DNA of 64,000 nt from an uncultured Oscillospiraceae bacterium (GTDB taxonomy: Bacteria; Bacillota; Clostridia; Oscillospirales; Oscillospiraceae): positions 10,520 through 74,519 of the forward strand of contig CAYSTN010000001.1 of NCBI GenBank assembly GCA_964434135.1, given 5' to 3'. Shown in pieces: positions 49,233-60,815 of the stretch. Both the position numbers and the translations under genes were made by a program. The notes under the pieces were generated by a model that saw nothing but the letters and a program-made list of their open reading frames with translations, ran no database searches and was not told the origin of the DNA. How positions within the stretch are numbered: position 1 is the first letter of the stretch; every line of letters begins with the position of its first letter.

Positions 49233-50514
49233 GCAATCGATGCTGCAAAGCTCGTTTGGCATCGTCGATCAGGTTATGATCGGGCAGCTTGGCAGTGTCA
49301 GCATTGCGGGCGTTGGGCTGGCGGGGAAGTTCTCGTCGATCTTCTCGGTCGTCATTTCCGCCATCGGCGCGGTGGCCGGGATCATGCTCTCACAGTATCT
49401 GGGGCAGAAAAACAACGGCGCGGTGCGCCGCAGCTTCTTTTGCAATCTGGCCATCGGTGCGGTGATCGCGGCGGGGTTCACGGCGCTGTGCGCGCTGTGG
49501 CCGCAGGCGGTGATGCGCCTTTACAGCAACGACCCGGCGACGGTCGAGGCGGCGGCAGAATATTTGTCCGTGATTGCGTGGACGTTTTTGCCGCTGGCGG
49601 GCGCGACGCTTTTGTCGACGCTGTTTCGCTGCGCAGACCGGCCAAGGCTGCCGCTGTATGCGAGTATCGTGTCGGCGCTGCTCAATACGGTCCTCAACTA
49701 CCTGCTCATCTTCGGCAAGGCGGGTCTGCCGCAGCTCGGCGCGCGCGGCGCGGCCATTGCCACGCTTCTCTCGCAGCTGGCCAACGCGCTTTTGATGCTG
49801 GGAATGCTGCCACGCGCTGCACCGCTGCCGCGCAGGGGCGCACAGGCGCAGCACGCGCCGTTTTTGTGGTGGCAGTATCTGACCATCCTGCTGCCGATCT
49901 TGACGTGTGAAGCCCTCTGGAGCGTCGGAGAGAACGTCTACGCGGCCATCTACGGCCACATGAGTACCGATTCGACGGCTGCCATGACGCTCATCAATCC
50001 GGTGCAGGGGCTGATGATCGGGGCGCTGTGCGGGCTGTCACAGGCGGCCGGCGTCATTGTAGGCAAACGGCTGGGCGCGCGGGAGTTTGACGAGGCGTAC
50101 CGCGTGTCCAAAAAGCTGCTGCTGTGCGGCGCGCTGTGTGCGCTGGCGCTGGCGGTGGCGGTCGTGGCGCTGAGCGGCGTGTATGTGAAGATCTATCAGG
50201 TGGACGGGACGGTGCGGCAGCTGACGCGGCAGATCCTGTTTGCGTATGCGCTCATCTCGCCGTTCAAGGTACTCAACATGATCCTCGGTGGCGGTATTTT
50301 GCGCAGCGGCGGCAAGACCCGGTACGTAATGGCCATCGACATCATCGGTACGTGGGTGTTCGGTGTGCCGCTGGGGCTGCTGAGTGCGTTTGTGTGGAAG
50401 CTGCCGATCGCGTCGGTGTATTTTCTGCTGTCGCTGGAAGAGGTGGTGCGCTTTGTGCTGTCGGTTTTTGTCTTCCGGCGCAGACGCTGGATGCAGCAGT
50501 TGCAGGCAGAATAA
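49174..50514 (+). CDS. MATE family efflux transporter
   Basis: VDQVMIGQLG, SQYLG, NYLLIFG..G.P.LG.RGAAIAT, GILRSGG; multiple TM segments. Confidence 0.92.
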   Translation: MKRNRSFYRDVAQRAVPVALQSMLQSSFGIVDQVMIGQLGSVSIAGVGLAGKFSSIFSVVISAIGAVAGIMLSQYLGQKNNGAVRRSFFCNLAIGAVIAAGFTALCALWPQAVMRLYSNDPATVEAAAEYLSVIAWTFLPLAGATLLSTLFRCADRPRLPLYASIVSALLNTVLNYLLIFGKAGLPQLGARGAAIATLLSQLANALLMLGMLPRAAPLPRRGAQAQHAPFLWWQYLTILLPILTCEALWSVGENVYAAIYGHMSTDSTAAMTLINPVQGLMIGALCGLSQAAGVIVGKRLGAREFDEAYRVSKKLLLCGALCALALAVAVVALSGVYVKIYQVDGTVRQLTRQILFAYALISPFKVLNMILGGGILRSGGKTRYVMAIDIIGTWVFGVPLGLLSAFVWKLPIASVYFLLSLEEVVRFVLSVFVFRRRRWMQQLQAE

Positions 50515-50515
50515 A

Positions 50516-50551
50516 AAACGAGGTGCTTGCCCGGGGCAAGCACCTCGTTTT
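50516..50551. terminator. Bidirectional terminator between MATE and AraC
   Basis: AAACGAGGTGCTTGCC / GGCAAGCACCTCGTTT. Confidence 0.8.
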
Positions 50552-51443
50552 ATGTCCGGCTTTCGTCCGTCATCGGCGACCAGCTGCGGCGGTATTGCTG
50601 CGGGGTCGTGCCCTCGCGGGTGTGAAAGACGCTGATAAAATAGCTCGTGTTCTCCATGCCGACGCGGTAGGCAACTTCGGAAACGGGCAGGTCGGTCGCG
50701 CGCAGCAGCTCTTTTGCGCGGCTCAGGCGCAGGCGCGTGAGGTATTCGCCGGGGGACTGGCCGTACTGGCGGCGAAAGGAGCGCTGCAAATGGTATTTGC
50801 TGACGTTATACGCGGCAGCCAGCTGATCGAGCGTGAGCTTCTGCGCGTAATGCTCATGCAGGTACTGCCGCACCTGCCGCAGAAGCTGCGGCGCGGGCTG
50901 TTCGCTGCGCGGCGAGCAGCAGCGGATGAGTTCACACAGAATATCCGTCAGCAGCGCCGACGCGTCGAGGTCGCGGCGCAGTTCGTTCATATCCGCACCG
51001 GCCAGCGCCAGAAGCGCGCTCATGCGCGCGGAAACCGGACTGTCGACCGGGACGGACGCGCAGACGCGCCCGCCGTTCTGGAGCAAAAACGCCTGATAGT
51101 ACGCCGCGGCAGTTGCACCGGAAAAATGCAGCCACAGCACGTTCCAGTGACCCTGCGCGGGGTCGGTGCGGTAGTGCTGCGCCTCGCGGCAGTCGATCCA
51201 GAAAAAGCTGCCCGCGCCAAGCGTGTAAGTCTGCCCGCCATATTCCAATATTCCCTGACCGGCCAGCGTGAGTTTGATGAGGTACGACGGCAGCTGCTGG
51301 CGAACGGTATAGTAATTTGCACCAGAAATGAAATGTCCCGCTTCCTGCAAATACAGCAGATTGTCCCGGGCAAAGGCGCTGGGCGAGACGATTTCCCACT
51401 TGGAATCGGGCGTCATATCGAGATTATAATGCAGCACTTCCAT
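50550..51443 (-). CDS. AraC family transcriptional regulator (probable rhamnose-cluster regulator)
   Basis: N-terminal cupin; HTH RLSRAKELL..EVAYRVG..SYF..F..TPQQYR; divergent from rhaM. Confidence 0.92.
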   Translation of the reverse strand: MEVLHYNLDMTPDSKWEIVSPSAFARDNLLYLQEAGHFISGANYYTVRQQLPSYLIKLTLAGQGILEYGGQTYTLGAGSFFWIDCREAQHYRTDPAQGHWNVLWLHFSGATAAAYYQAFLLQNGGRVCASVPVDSPVSARMSALLALAGADMNELRRDLDASALLTDILCELIRCCSPRSEQPAPQLLRQVRQYLHEHYAQKLTLDQLAAAYNVSKYHLQRSFRRQYGQSPGEYLTRLRLSRAKELLRATDLPVSEVAYRVGMENTSYFISVFHTREGTTPQQYRRSWSPMTDESRT

Positions 51444-51576
51444 CTTTGGCCTCCGGAAAAGAGCAAGATTTTGATATTACAGGGCAAGCCTATGATACCA
51501 CACGGCGGCGGGTTTTTCTATAATGAAAGGGTAGAAAGTCGGCGTTTTTCGCTGAAATTTTTAAGGAGGGACCCAG

Positions 51577-51891
51577 ATGGAACGCTACGCATGGAAGGCT
51601 ACCGTCCTGCCGGGCAAGCTGGAGGAATATGTGCGCCGCCACAACGAGATCTGGCCGGAGATGAAACAGGTCTTGCACGAGGCCGGCATCCGCAACTACA
51701 CGATCTGGAACGTGGGTGACGAGCTGTTCGGCTACTACGAGTGCGACAGCATCGCCGAGGCCGCCCGCATACAGGCCGAAAGCCCGGTCGTTGACCGCTG
51801 GAACGAGTACATGAAAGATGTGATGCGCATGGAGCTTGACCCCGAGACGGGTGCGCAGCCGCTGATGCAGCAGGTCTTTTTCTTTGATTGA
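51577..51891 (+). CDS. rhaM: L-rhamnose mutarotase
   Basis: EEYVRRHNEIWPEM, GIRNYTIW, LFGYYE, RWNEYM. Confidence 0.9.
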   Translation: MERYAWKATVLPGKLEEYVRRHNEIWPEMKQVLHEAGIRNYTIWNVGDELFGYYECDSIAEAARIQAESPVVDRWNEYMKDVMRMELDPETGAQPLMQQVFFFD

Positions 51892-51913
51892 ATACAAAAC
51901 AGGAGGAACGACT

Positions 51914-53149
51914 ATGAACGCTTATACACTGGCAAAAGAACGCTACGCCGCGCTGGGCGTGGACACCGAGGCTGTTTTGCAGCAGCTCAAAGACGTGACC
52001 GTTTCCGTCCACTGCTGGCAGGGTGACGACGTGGTCGGCTTCGACTCGAAGCAGGCACTCTCCGGCGGCATTCAGACCACCGGCAACTATCCCGGCAAGG
52101 CCACCACGCCCGAACAGCTGATGGCAGACTTTGACGAAGTGCTGCGTCTGACCCCGGGCAGGAAAAAGCTCAATCTGCACGCAAGCTACGCCATCTTCGA
52201 AGACGGCGAGTATGCCGACCGAAACGCGCTCGAGCCGAAGCATTTTGCCAAGTGGGTTGCGTTTGCAAAGCAGCGCGGGCTTGGCATCGACTTCAACCCC
52301 ACGTTCTTCTCCCACGCGATGGTCAAAGACGGGCTGACGCTCTCGTCCCCGGATGAGACGGTGCGCGGCTTCTGGGTCGAGCATGGCAAGTGCTGCATGA
52401 AGATTGCGGAGTATTTTGCCAGCGAGACGGGCGTGCCGTGCGTCATCAACTTCTGGATTCCCGACGGCTACAAGGACTATCCGGCTGACCGCCTCTCGCC
52501 GCGCCGCCGCTATGCGCAGTCGATGGACGAGATCCTCGCCGAGCCGTATGACAAGAGCAAGGTCTTCCCGTGTCTGGAGTCGAAGGTCTTCGGCATCGGT
52601 CTGGAGGCGTATACGGTCGGCTCTGCCGAGTTCTGCATGAATTATGTCAACTCCCGCCACATCACGCCGCTCATGGACAACGGCCACTACCATCCCACCG
52701 AGGTCGTTTCGGACAAGATCAGCTCCATGCTTCTGTTCAACGACCGGCTGGCGCTGCACATCACGCGCCCCATGCGCTGGGACAGTGACCACGTTGTGCT
52801 GTTTGACGACGAGACGCGCGAGATGATGAAGGAGATCGTCCGCGCCGACGCGCTGGGTCGGGTCTTCCTGGCAACGGACTACTTTGATGCGTCCATCAAC
52901 CGCATTTCCGCGTGGGTCACGGGTCTGCATTCGGTACAGAAGGCACTTTTGTACGCGCTGCTTGAGCCGAAGACGCTCAAGGCCATGCAGGACGGGAACA
53001 ACTTCACCGAGCTGATGGTCACGCAAGAGGCGCTCAAGGTCATGCCGTTCGGCGCTGTGTGGGAAGAATACCTGCGCCGCGAGAATGTGCCGCTGGACTA
53101 CTACAAAGAAATTTGCCGCTACGAGCAGGACGTTTTGCGCGCCAGATAA
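51914..53149 (+). CDS. rhaA: L-rhamnose isomerase
   Basis: VHCWQGDDV.GF, GGIQTTGNYPG, WIPDGYKD, ESKVFGIG, GHYHPTE, RWDSDHV, DYFDASINR. Confidence 0.96.
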   Translation: MNAYTLAKERYAALGVDTEAVLQQLKDVTVSVHCWQGDDVVGFDSKQALSGGIQTTGNYPGKATTPEQLMADFDEVLRLTPGRKKLNLHASYAIFEDGEYADRNALEPKHFAKWVAFAKQRGLGIDFNPTFFSHAMVKDGLTLSSPDETVRGFWVEHGKCCMKIAEYFASETGVPCVINFWIPDGYKDYPADRLSPRRRYAQSMDEILAEPYDKSKVFPCLESKVFGIGLEAYTVGSAEFCMNYVNSRHITPLMDNGHYHPTEVVSDKISSMLLFNDRLALHITRPMRWDSDHVVLFDDETREMMKEIVRADALGRVFLATDYFDASINRISAWVTGLHSVQKALLYALLEPKTLKAMQDGNNFTELMVTQEALKVMPFGAVWEEYLRRENVPLDYYKEICRYEQDVLRAR

Positions 53150-53161
53150 GGAGAGAACATC

Positions 53162-54241
53162 ATGTTTTTTGAAGAAAACGCCAAGCTGTTGGCTGATTTT
53201 GCCCGCGTTTCACAGGCGGCCGGTGCGCGCGCGGATTACGTGCAGGGCGGCGGCGGCAACACGTCTGTCAAGCTCCCGGGTGGGCTGATGGCCATCAAAG
53301 CGTCGGGCTTCTGTCTGGGCGATATCCGTCCGGACAAGGCGTATGCCGTACTCGACGGCGCAGACCTGCGCGCGTTCTACAACAACACCGAGCCGTCGCA
53401 GCTGTCCGACGTGGAAAAAGAAGGCTCGGCGCGAGCCAAGGCCGACGTGCGCCACATTGACGGACTGGCCGACTTGCGGCCGTCGGTCGAGGCGGGCTTC
53501 CACTCGATCTTAAAGACCTTCGTCGTGCATACGCACAGCGTCTATGCCAACCTCGCCGCCTGCTCGACGGCCTGCCGCCAGATCGCCGCGCAGGCGTTCG
53601 CCGGAGCGGGCTACAGCTGGGGCTGGGTGCCGTATACCGACCCGGGCGCGAATCTGACCTTTGCCATCCGCGACGAGCTGCGCCGGGTGCGCAGCGCTAC
53701 GGGCAGCGAACCGGCGGTCATTCTGATGCAGAACCACGGTATCATCGTCCACGCCGACGACGCGGACACCGTCCTGAGCATCCACACTGACGCCAACGAG
53801 CGCCTTGCGCGGATGTTCGGCCTGAGCGGCACGTCGTTCCCGGCCGTTGCCGTGCGCGAGATGGCAGGCGGGCTGTATGCCGCCGATACGCCGTATCTGG
53901 CCGCGCAGCTGCGTGAGGGCGGCTGGACGCAGGAATTTTTGATGACGCAGCCGCTGTATCCCGACCAGATGGTCTTTTTGAGCGATACGTTCTATCTCGA
54001 CGCGCCCGGCATCGCCGCCGGACAGGCCGTTGCCAGCAGCCGCACGGGCGAGATGCTGCTGCACATGGACGCGAAAAAGGCGCTGACGCTCACCGAGACG
54101 CTTTCGGCGGTCTTCTTCGTCATCGAGCATATCCGCAAGGCCGGGTATGAGGTGTCGACCATGGGCGAAGCGGCCAAGAACTTCATCGCAAACTGGGAGA
54201 GCGAAAAGTACCGCAAATCCCTGGCCGGAAAACAGGCATAA
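53162..54241 (+). CDS. Class II aldolase/adducin family protein (putative rhamnulose-1-phosphate aldolase)
   Basis: QGGGGNTSVK, IKASG, RPSVE..FH, HTH, QNHG; follows rhaA. Confidence 0.82.
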   Translation: MFFEENAKLLADFARVSQAAGARADYVQGGGGNTSVKLPGGLMAIKASGFCLGDIRPDKAYAVLDGADLRAFYNNTEPSQLSDVEKEGSARAKADVRHIDGLADLRPSVEAGFHSILKTFVVHTHSVYANLAACSTACRQIAAQAFAGAGYSWGWVPYTDPGANLTFAIRDELRRVRSATGSEPAVILMQNHGIIVHADDADTVLSIHTDANERLARMFGLSGTSFPAVAVREMAGGLYAADTPYLAAQLREGGWTQEFLMTQPLYPDQMVFLSDTFYLDAPGIAAGQAVASSRTGEMLLHMDAKKALTLTETLSAVFFVIEHIRKAGYEVSTMGEAAKNFIANWESEKYRKSLAGKQA

Positions 54242-54314
54242 CAGACAAAAGGGCGCGGCTTCGCCGCGCCCTTGGTTTATCCCACCGCCTCCCCTTGCCG
54301 CACCCACCGAATTT

Positions 54315-54370
54315 GCACCGCACCCCACCTTGGCTCTCCCTCTGGGAGAGCCAAGGTGGGGGTGCGGCGC
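54315..54370. repeat. Long palindromic REP-like element
   Basis: GCACCGCACCCCACCTTGGCTCTCCC-TCT-GGGAGAGCCAAGGTGGGGGTGCGGCGC; core matches reverse complement of 15425-15458. Confidence 0.75.
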
Positions 54371-54416
54371 AGACGGGAGCGCCAAGGGGTGCCGTGCGTC
54401 GCAGGGGAGTTGTGGC

Positions 54417-55493
54417 TTATGCTTCGTCCTTGACGAGATTCCACAGATCGAGCAACTGGGGCTGATTGCACTGCGCGACAAAATTGTCCAGACTGCGCAT
54501 GGCCGTTTCGCCCATGTCATCATACGAGGTCGCCTGCTGCGCAACTTCTGCAAAACGGATGCTGGCCGCATCATAACTCGGCGCGTCATCAAACCGCTGG
54601 GCGATCGTCTTTGCCTGACGCAGATCATGCCGCGCGTCTTCTTCGCGACCCAGGTTCAGCAGAATCTCTGCCCGGCTTGCCCAAAGCACGGCTTCGCTTT
54701 TGTCCATGTAGGTCTGTTTTTCCGGGTTTCGCAGCCCCGGGAAGAAGGCCAACGCCCAGTCTGTCATGTCCAGTGCCTGTTGATACTGCCCGGTTTTGCA
54801 GTAGACATTGAGGTAGCCCGTTACAAGCTCCATCTGCGTCTGAGTCATGTCCAGCAGTGCCATGGACAAATAGGGCAGCGCGCCGTCGGGGTCGTTACAG
54901 TTGGCAGATAGCGTCTGGCCGATCAGAGAATGATTGAGCCGACAAGGGTTGTACTGCTTGAGCAGCTCCAGACCCGTTTCAAATTCGCCCAGGTCAAGAT
55001 AGACTTGCGCCATTTCCCGGCGAATGGATATCTCGCTGATTTCCGGGTCGGTATTCTGCCCGATCAGCATACACGCCTACCGGTAGAGGGAAAGCGCCCG
55101 TCTGGCAAATTCGATCCGATTCCGGACAAGCCCTCTTACCTGATAGATCCGCGCACTGTTATACACGACCGCAAAACAGTTCGGATAGCGTTTCAACGCG
55201 TTTTCAATATCCGGGTAAACATCGTCGTTGTCCCGGTCGTGGAAATACTGTTTGAGTCTTGCAATCACGGTCTGCCGGTCATTGTTCCGAAACTGATATC
55301 CGATCAGTGCATCGATGGATACTTCAAAGAGGTCTGCGAGCTGCGCGATCAGATGCAGTTCCGGCGTTGCGACGCCGCGCTCCCATTTTGAGACGGATGC
55401 AAAGGTGACGCCCAGCGTCTGCGCCAACTGTTCCTGCGTCATGGCGTGTTCTTTGCGCAGTTTGCTGATATTGGTTGATAGTGACAGCTTCAT
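54417..55493 (-). pseudogene. XRE-family HTH + TPR regulator interrupted by an in-frame TAG
   Basis: HTH MTQEQLAQTLGVTFASVSKWERG; ORFs 55493-55077 and 55070-54417 are in the same frame (..TAC CGG TAG GCG TGT ATG..). Confidence 0.8.
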
Positions 55494-55901
55494 TGTTTTA
55501 TCTCCATTTCGTTTGCTGTTTCGTATTATACGACGAAATGGCAAAAAATGAAGACATCACTGGTATAATTCGATTAGCATTTTCTGAACCGGTGGTTTAG
55601 TTTGTGGGGAAAGATAATAGTTTAGTTGCATCGCCGTTTGTGGTATGGATGTGTTGTTTGCCACGGGCAAACAGCATGAAAAAACCTGCTTTGTCTGAGG
55701 GACAAAGCAGGAGTTACAGAACCACAGGATAAGCGAAATGAGGAATGATGCGATGCTGCGCATCATGATGTTGCGGCTAGGCCGCAACGGTCGAAAAAAC
55801 TTGCCAGACAGAGCAGCAGGGGGAAGCGTGAAAGGGGACGAAGGGTCCCCCTTCGCGTTCAATTACCCGCCGCAGCGGAAGTTTTGCCAACGGCAAAACT
55901 T

Positions 55902-55952
55902 GTACCAAAAGAAAAAACGACAAGCAAAGCTTGTCGTTTTTTCTTTTGGTAC
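55902..55952. terminator. Perfect 24-bp inverted repeat overlapping tRNA-Arg 3' end
   Basis: GTACCAAAAGAAAAAACGACAAGC-AAA-GCTTGTCGTTTTTTCTTTTGGTAC. Confidence 0.7.
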
Positions 55953-56023
55953 GCCCGACACGATTCGAACGTGCGACCTACAGAGTCGGAGTCTGTCACT
56001 CTATCCAGCTGAGCTACGGGCGC
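55947..56023 (-). tRNA. tRNA-Arg (CCG)
   Basis: GCGCCCGTAGCTCAGCTGGATAGAGTGACAGACTCCGACTCTGTAGGTCGCACGTTCGAATCGTGTCGGGCGTACCA; anticodon loop CT-CCG-AC. Confidence 0.95.
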
Positions 56024-56103
56024 ATTTTCAACTGCCTGACCAGTATAGCAGAAACGCGGCCGAAAGTAAAGCGAAAAAATGCGTTTTTTGCCGCACAAAG
56101 CAC

Positions 56104-56784
56104 TCACAGCCCGGCCAGCAGCTGCGGCAGCTGCAAAAGGTCTTCCACCACATAGTCGCAGCGCGCATCCGCGCAACTGCGCTTGCCGTACAGGCACGTC
56201 CGGATGCCCGCGTTGCGCCCGCCCTGCATATCGCCGGAAAGACTGTCACCGATCATGATGCTCTGCGGCCGCAGGTCTTCGCCGATGGCGGCAAAGACCT
56301 TATCGTAAAACACCCGGTCTGGCTTCTTGCAGCCGAGCTGCTCGGAGATGAACACCCGGTCAAAATACTGCTCCAGACCGCTTGCGGCGATGCGCCGCAG
56401 CTGAAGGTCGGTATTGCCGTTGGTCAGGATGAAGATCGGATAGCGCGCGTGCAGCAGCGGCAGTACCTGTTCGCAGTGCGGCATGAAATTGCGCTGCTCG
56501 CCCAGCGCCTGAAAATACGCGCGGTTAAAGTCTGCGGCATCCGCATGAAAGCCAAACTCGGCAAACAGCAGCCGAAACCGCTCGACGTAGAGCGTTTCCT
56601 TTTCGATCTCGCCGCGCTCAAACTGCTGCCACAGCGCCGCGTCCAGGCGAGAATACCGCTCCCAGAGTCCCGGCGGCTGCGGCAGAGAAAAGGCCGCCAG
56701 CGCCTGGTGCAGCGCGGCGTAGGAGCTGGTCTGAAAGTCAAAGAGCGTATCATCAATATCCATCAGCAGCGCACGAATCGCCAT
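56104..56784 (-). CDS. YjjG family HAD pyrimidine nucleotidase
   Basis: DIDDTLFDF, TNG, KPD, MIGDSLSGD. Confidence 0.88.
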   Translation of the reverse strand: MAIRALLMDIDDTLFDFQTSSYAALHQALAAFSLPQPPGLWERYSRLDAALWQQFERGEIEKETLYVERFRLLFAEFGFHADAADFNRAYFQALGEQRNFMPHCEQVLPLLHARYPIFILTNGNTDLQLRRIAASGLEQYFDRVFISEQLGCKKPDRVFYDKVFAAIGEDLRPQSIMIGDSLSGDMQGGRNAGIRTCLYGKRSCADARCDYVVEDLLQLPQLLAGL

Positions 56785-56875
56785 CGTATCGTCCTTTCCT
56801 TTTTCATTTTTTCATCATAGCATAAATCATTCGGTTATGCTACAATGGAAAAAGATTTTATCAAAGGAGATACCC

Positions 56876-59041
<2,166 letters not shown>

Positions 59042-59143
59042 CCCGGTTCGGGTTGCCGCCGTTTTGAATCCAGAAAAGCACACATTGGAGCCCGTATGCG
59101 CGGGAAACAGGGCTATGCCCTATGGCACACCCAAGCGCCGCGG

Positions 59144-59857
59144 TCAATCGCCCGACGGCAGGGCGCGCCGGGACTCGGGAACGCGCTTTTTGCGCCGCTC
59201 GATCTGCCGGTGCAGCAGCGTCAGCGCGTCGCTCAACGACCCGATCGCGTCCATCAGGCCGCAGGCTACGGCTTCTTCGCCGTATAAGACCGTCCCCACG
59301 TCCGTTGCCAGCTCGTCCGTTTCCATCATATATCGCAAAAACTCCTCGCGCGCAATGCGGGAGTTTCTTGTCACAAAATTCACGATCTGATCCTGAATCT
59401 GGTGAAAATAATGATACGTCTGCGGCGCGCCGACGACCAGCCCCGTCATGCGCACCGGATGCACCGTCATGCTGGCCGTCGGCACGATGAGGCTTTTCTT
59501 TGCCGACACGGCCAGCGGGATGCCGATGGAGTGCCCGCCGCCAAGCACCAAAGAGACGGTCGGCTTTTTCATCCCCGCGATCAGCTCCGCAATGGCAAGC
59601 CCCGCTTCGATGTCACCGCCGACGGTATTGAGCAGCAGCAACAGCCCGTCAATGTCCTCGCTTTCTTCCACGGCGGCCAGCAGCGGGATGACGTGTTCAT
59701 ATTTAGTCGTCTTTACGGTTTCCGGCAGAACCTGATGCCCCTCGATCTGCCCGACGATGGTCAGGGTATAGATGTTGCCGAGCGCGCTCTTTGTCGTCGA
59801 CGCGCCGAGGTCGACCAGCTCCTGCCGCGCCTGTTCCTCTTTTTTCGCTTCGTGCAT
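59144..59857 (-). CDS. tepA: ClpP-like protease, translocation-enhancing protein TepA
   Basis: IVGQIEGH, TTKYEHVIP, LNTVGGDIEAGLAIAE, VLGGGHSIG, HPVR. Confidence 0.88.
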   Translation of the reverse strand: MHEAKKEEQARQELVDLGASTTKSALGNIYTLTIVGQIEGHQVLPETVKTTKYEHVIPLLAAVEESEDIDGLLLLLNTVGGDIEAGLAIAELIAGMKKPTVSLVLGGGHSIGIPLAVSAKKSLIVPTASMTVHPVRMTGLVVGAPQTYHYFHQIQDQIVNFVTRNSRIAREEFLRYMMETDELATDVGTVLYGEEAVACGLMDAIGSLSDALTLLHRQIERRKKRVPESRRALPSGD

Positions 59858-59991
59858 CGTTATGCTCCTATGAATCAAGATAGAGCTAGTCTGACCCGTT
59901 TTGCACGAAACATACGCTGCGCGGGATTTTTGCTTGCCAGCGGCATGAAAATCGGGTATAATGGGCAAAAGCGAAAAAGGGAGACTGCCGG

Positions 59992-60462
59992 ATGACCAAA
60001 ACCAACGTCATGCGTCTGCTCGATGCGGCGAAGCTGCCCTACCGCGCGGCGCAATATGCGTTCGACGAAAACGACTTAAACGGCCTGCACGCAGCCGAGG
60101 GCATCGGGATGCCTCCGGAGCAGGTCTTCAAAACGCTCGTGGCCAGATCCGAGCGCGGCGGCTATGTCGTCTTCTGCATCCCGGTGTGCTGCGAACTGGA
60201 TCTGAAAAAGGCTGCGCGCGCCGCGCACGAAAAAAAGATCGAGCTGCTGCACGTGAAAGACCTGCTGCCCGTCACGGGCTATATCCGCGGCGGATGCAGC
60301 CCCATCGGCATGAAGAAAAAGTTCCCGACCTTTCTCGACGAGACGGCGCTTTTGTACGACGAGATCGGTGTTTCTGCCGGCTGCCGGGGATGTCAGGTCT
60401 TGCTGCATCCGCAGCTGCTCGCAGATTATGTAAACGCATCGCTTTGCGATCTGACAGAATAA
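59992..60462 (+). CDS. ybaK: Cys-tRNA(Pro) deacylase YbaK
   Basis: KTNVMRLLD, VFKTLV, TGYIRGGCSPIG, SAGCRG. Confidence 0.92.
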   Translation: MTKTNVMRLLDAAKLPYRAAQYAFDENDLNGLHAAEGIGMPPEQVFKTLVARSERGGYVVFCIPVCCELDLKKAARAAHEKKIELLHVKDLLPVTGYIRGGCSPIGMKKKFPTFLDETALLYDEIGVSAGCRGCQVLLHPQLLADYVNASLCDLTE

Positions 60463-60477
60463 AAAAGGAGAGACGAT

Positions 60478-60738
60478 ATGCACTTTACTTATCGAACCAG
60501 AGGCACCTGCTCGCAGGAGATCTTATTTGATGTTGACGGCAATACCGTCAAAAACATCGAGTTCATCGGTGGCTGCAACGGCAACTTGCAGGGCATTTCC
60601 AGACTTGTTGAGGGGATGGACATTGACGCGGTCATTGGCCGTCTCGACGGCATCCACTGCGGCATGAAAGAGACTTCCTGCCCCGACCAGCTGGCCACCG
60701 CGCTCAAACAGGCCAAAGAAAAGCTCGCCGAGGGCTGA
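60478..60738 (+). CDS. TSCPD domain protein (TIGR03905-like)
   Basis: GTCS, GGCNGN, GIHCG, TSCPDQL. Confidence 0.9.
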   Translation: MHFTYRTRGTCSQEILFDVDGNTVKNIEFIGGCNGNLQGISRLVEGMDIDAVIGRLDGIHCGMKETSCPDQLATALKQAKEKLAEG

Positions 60739-60815
60739 TACGCACCGTTTTTTTGCAAAAAAACTGCCGACTGTTCACGATTTGTGCGCAGTCGGCAGTC
60801 ATTTTTATTCGTTTT

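Noticed and set aside
50124-53026. 531-aa (+) and 475-aa (-) ORFs
   Set aside because: Shadows of MATE/AraC and rhaM/rhaA.
55738-56820. 360-aa plus-strand ORF
   Set aside because: Runs antisense across tRNA-Arg and the HAD gene.
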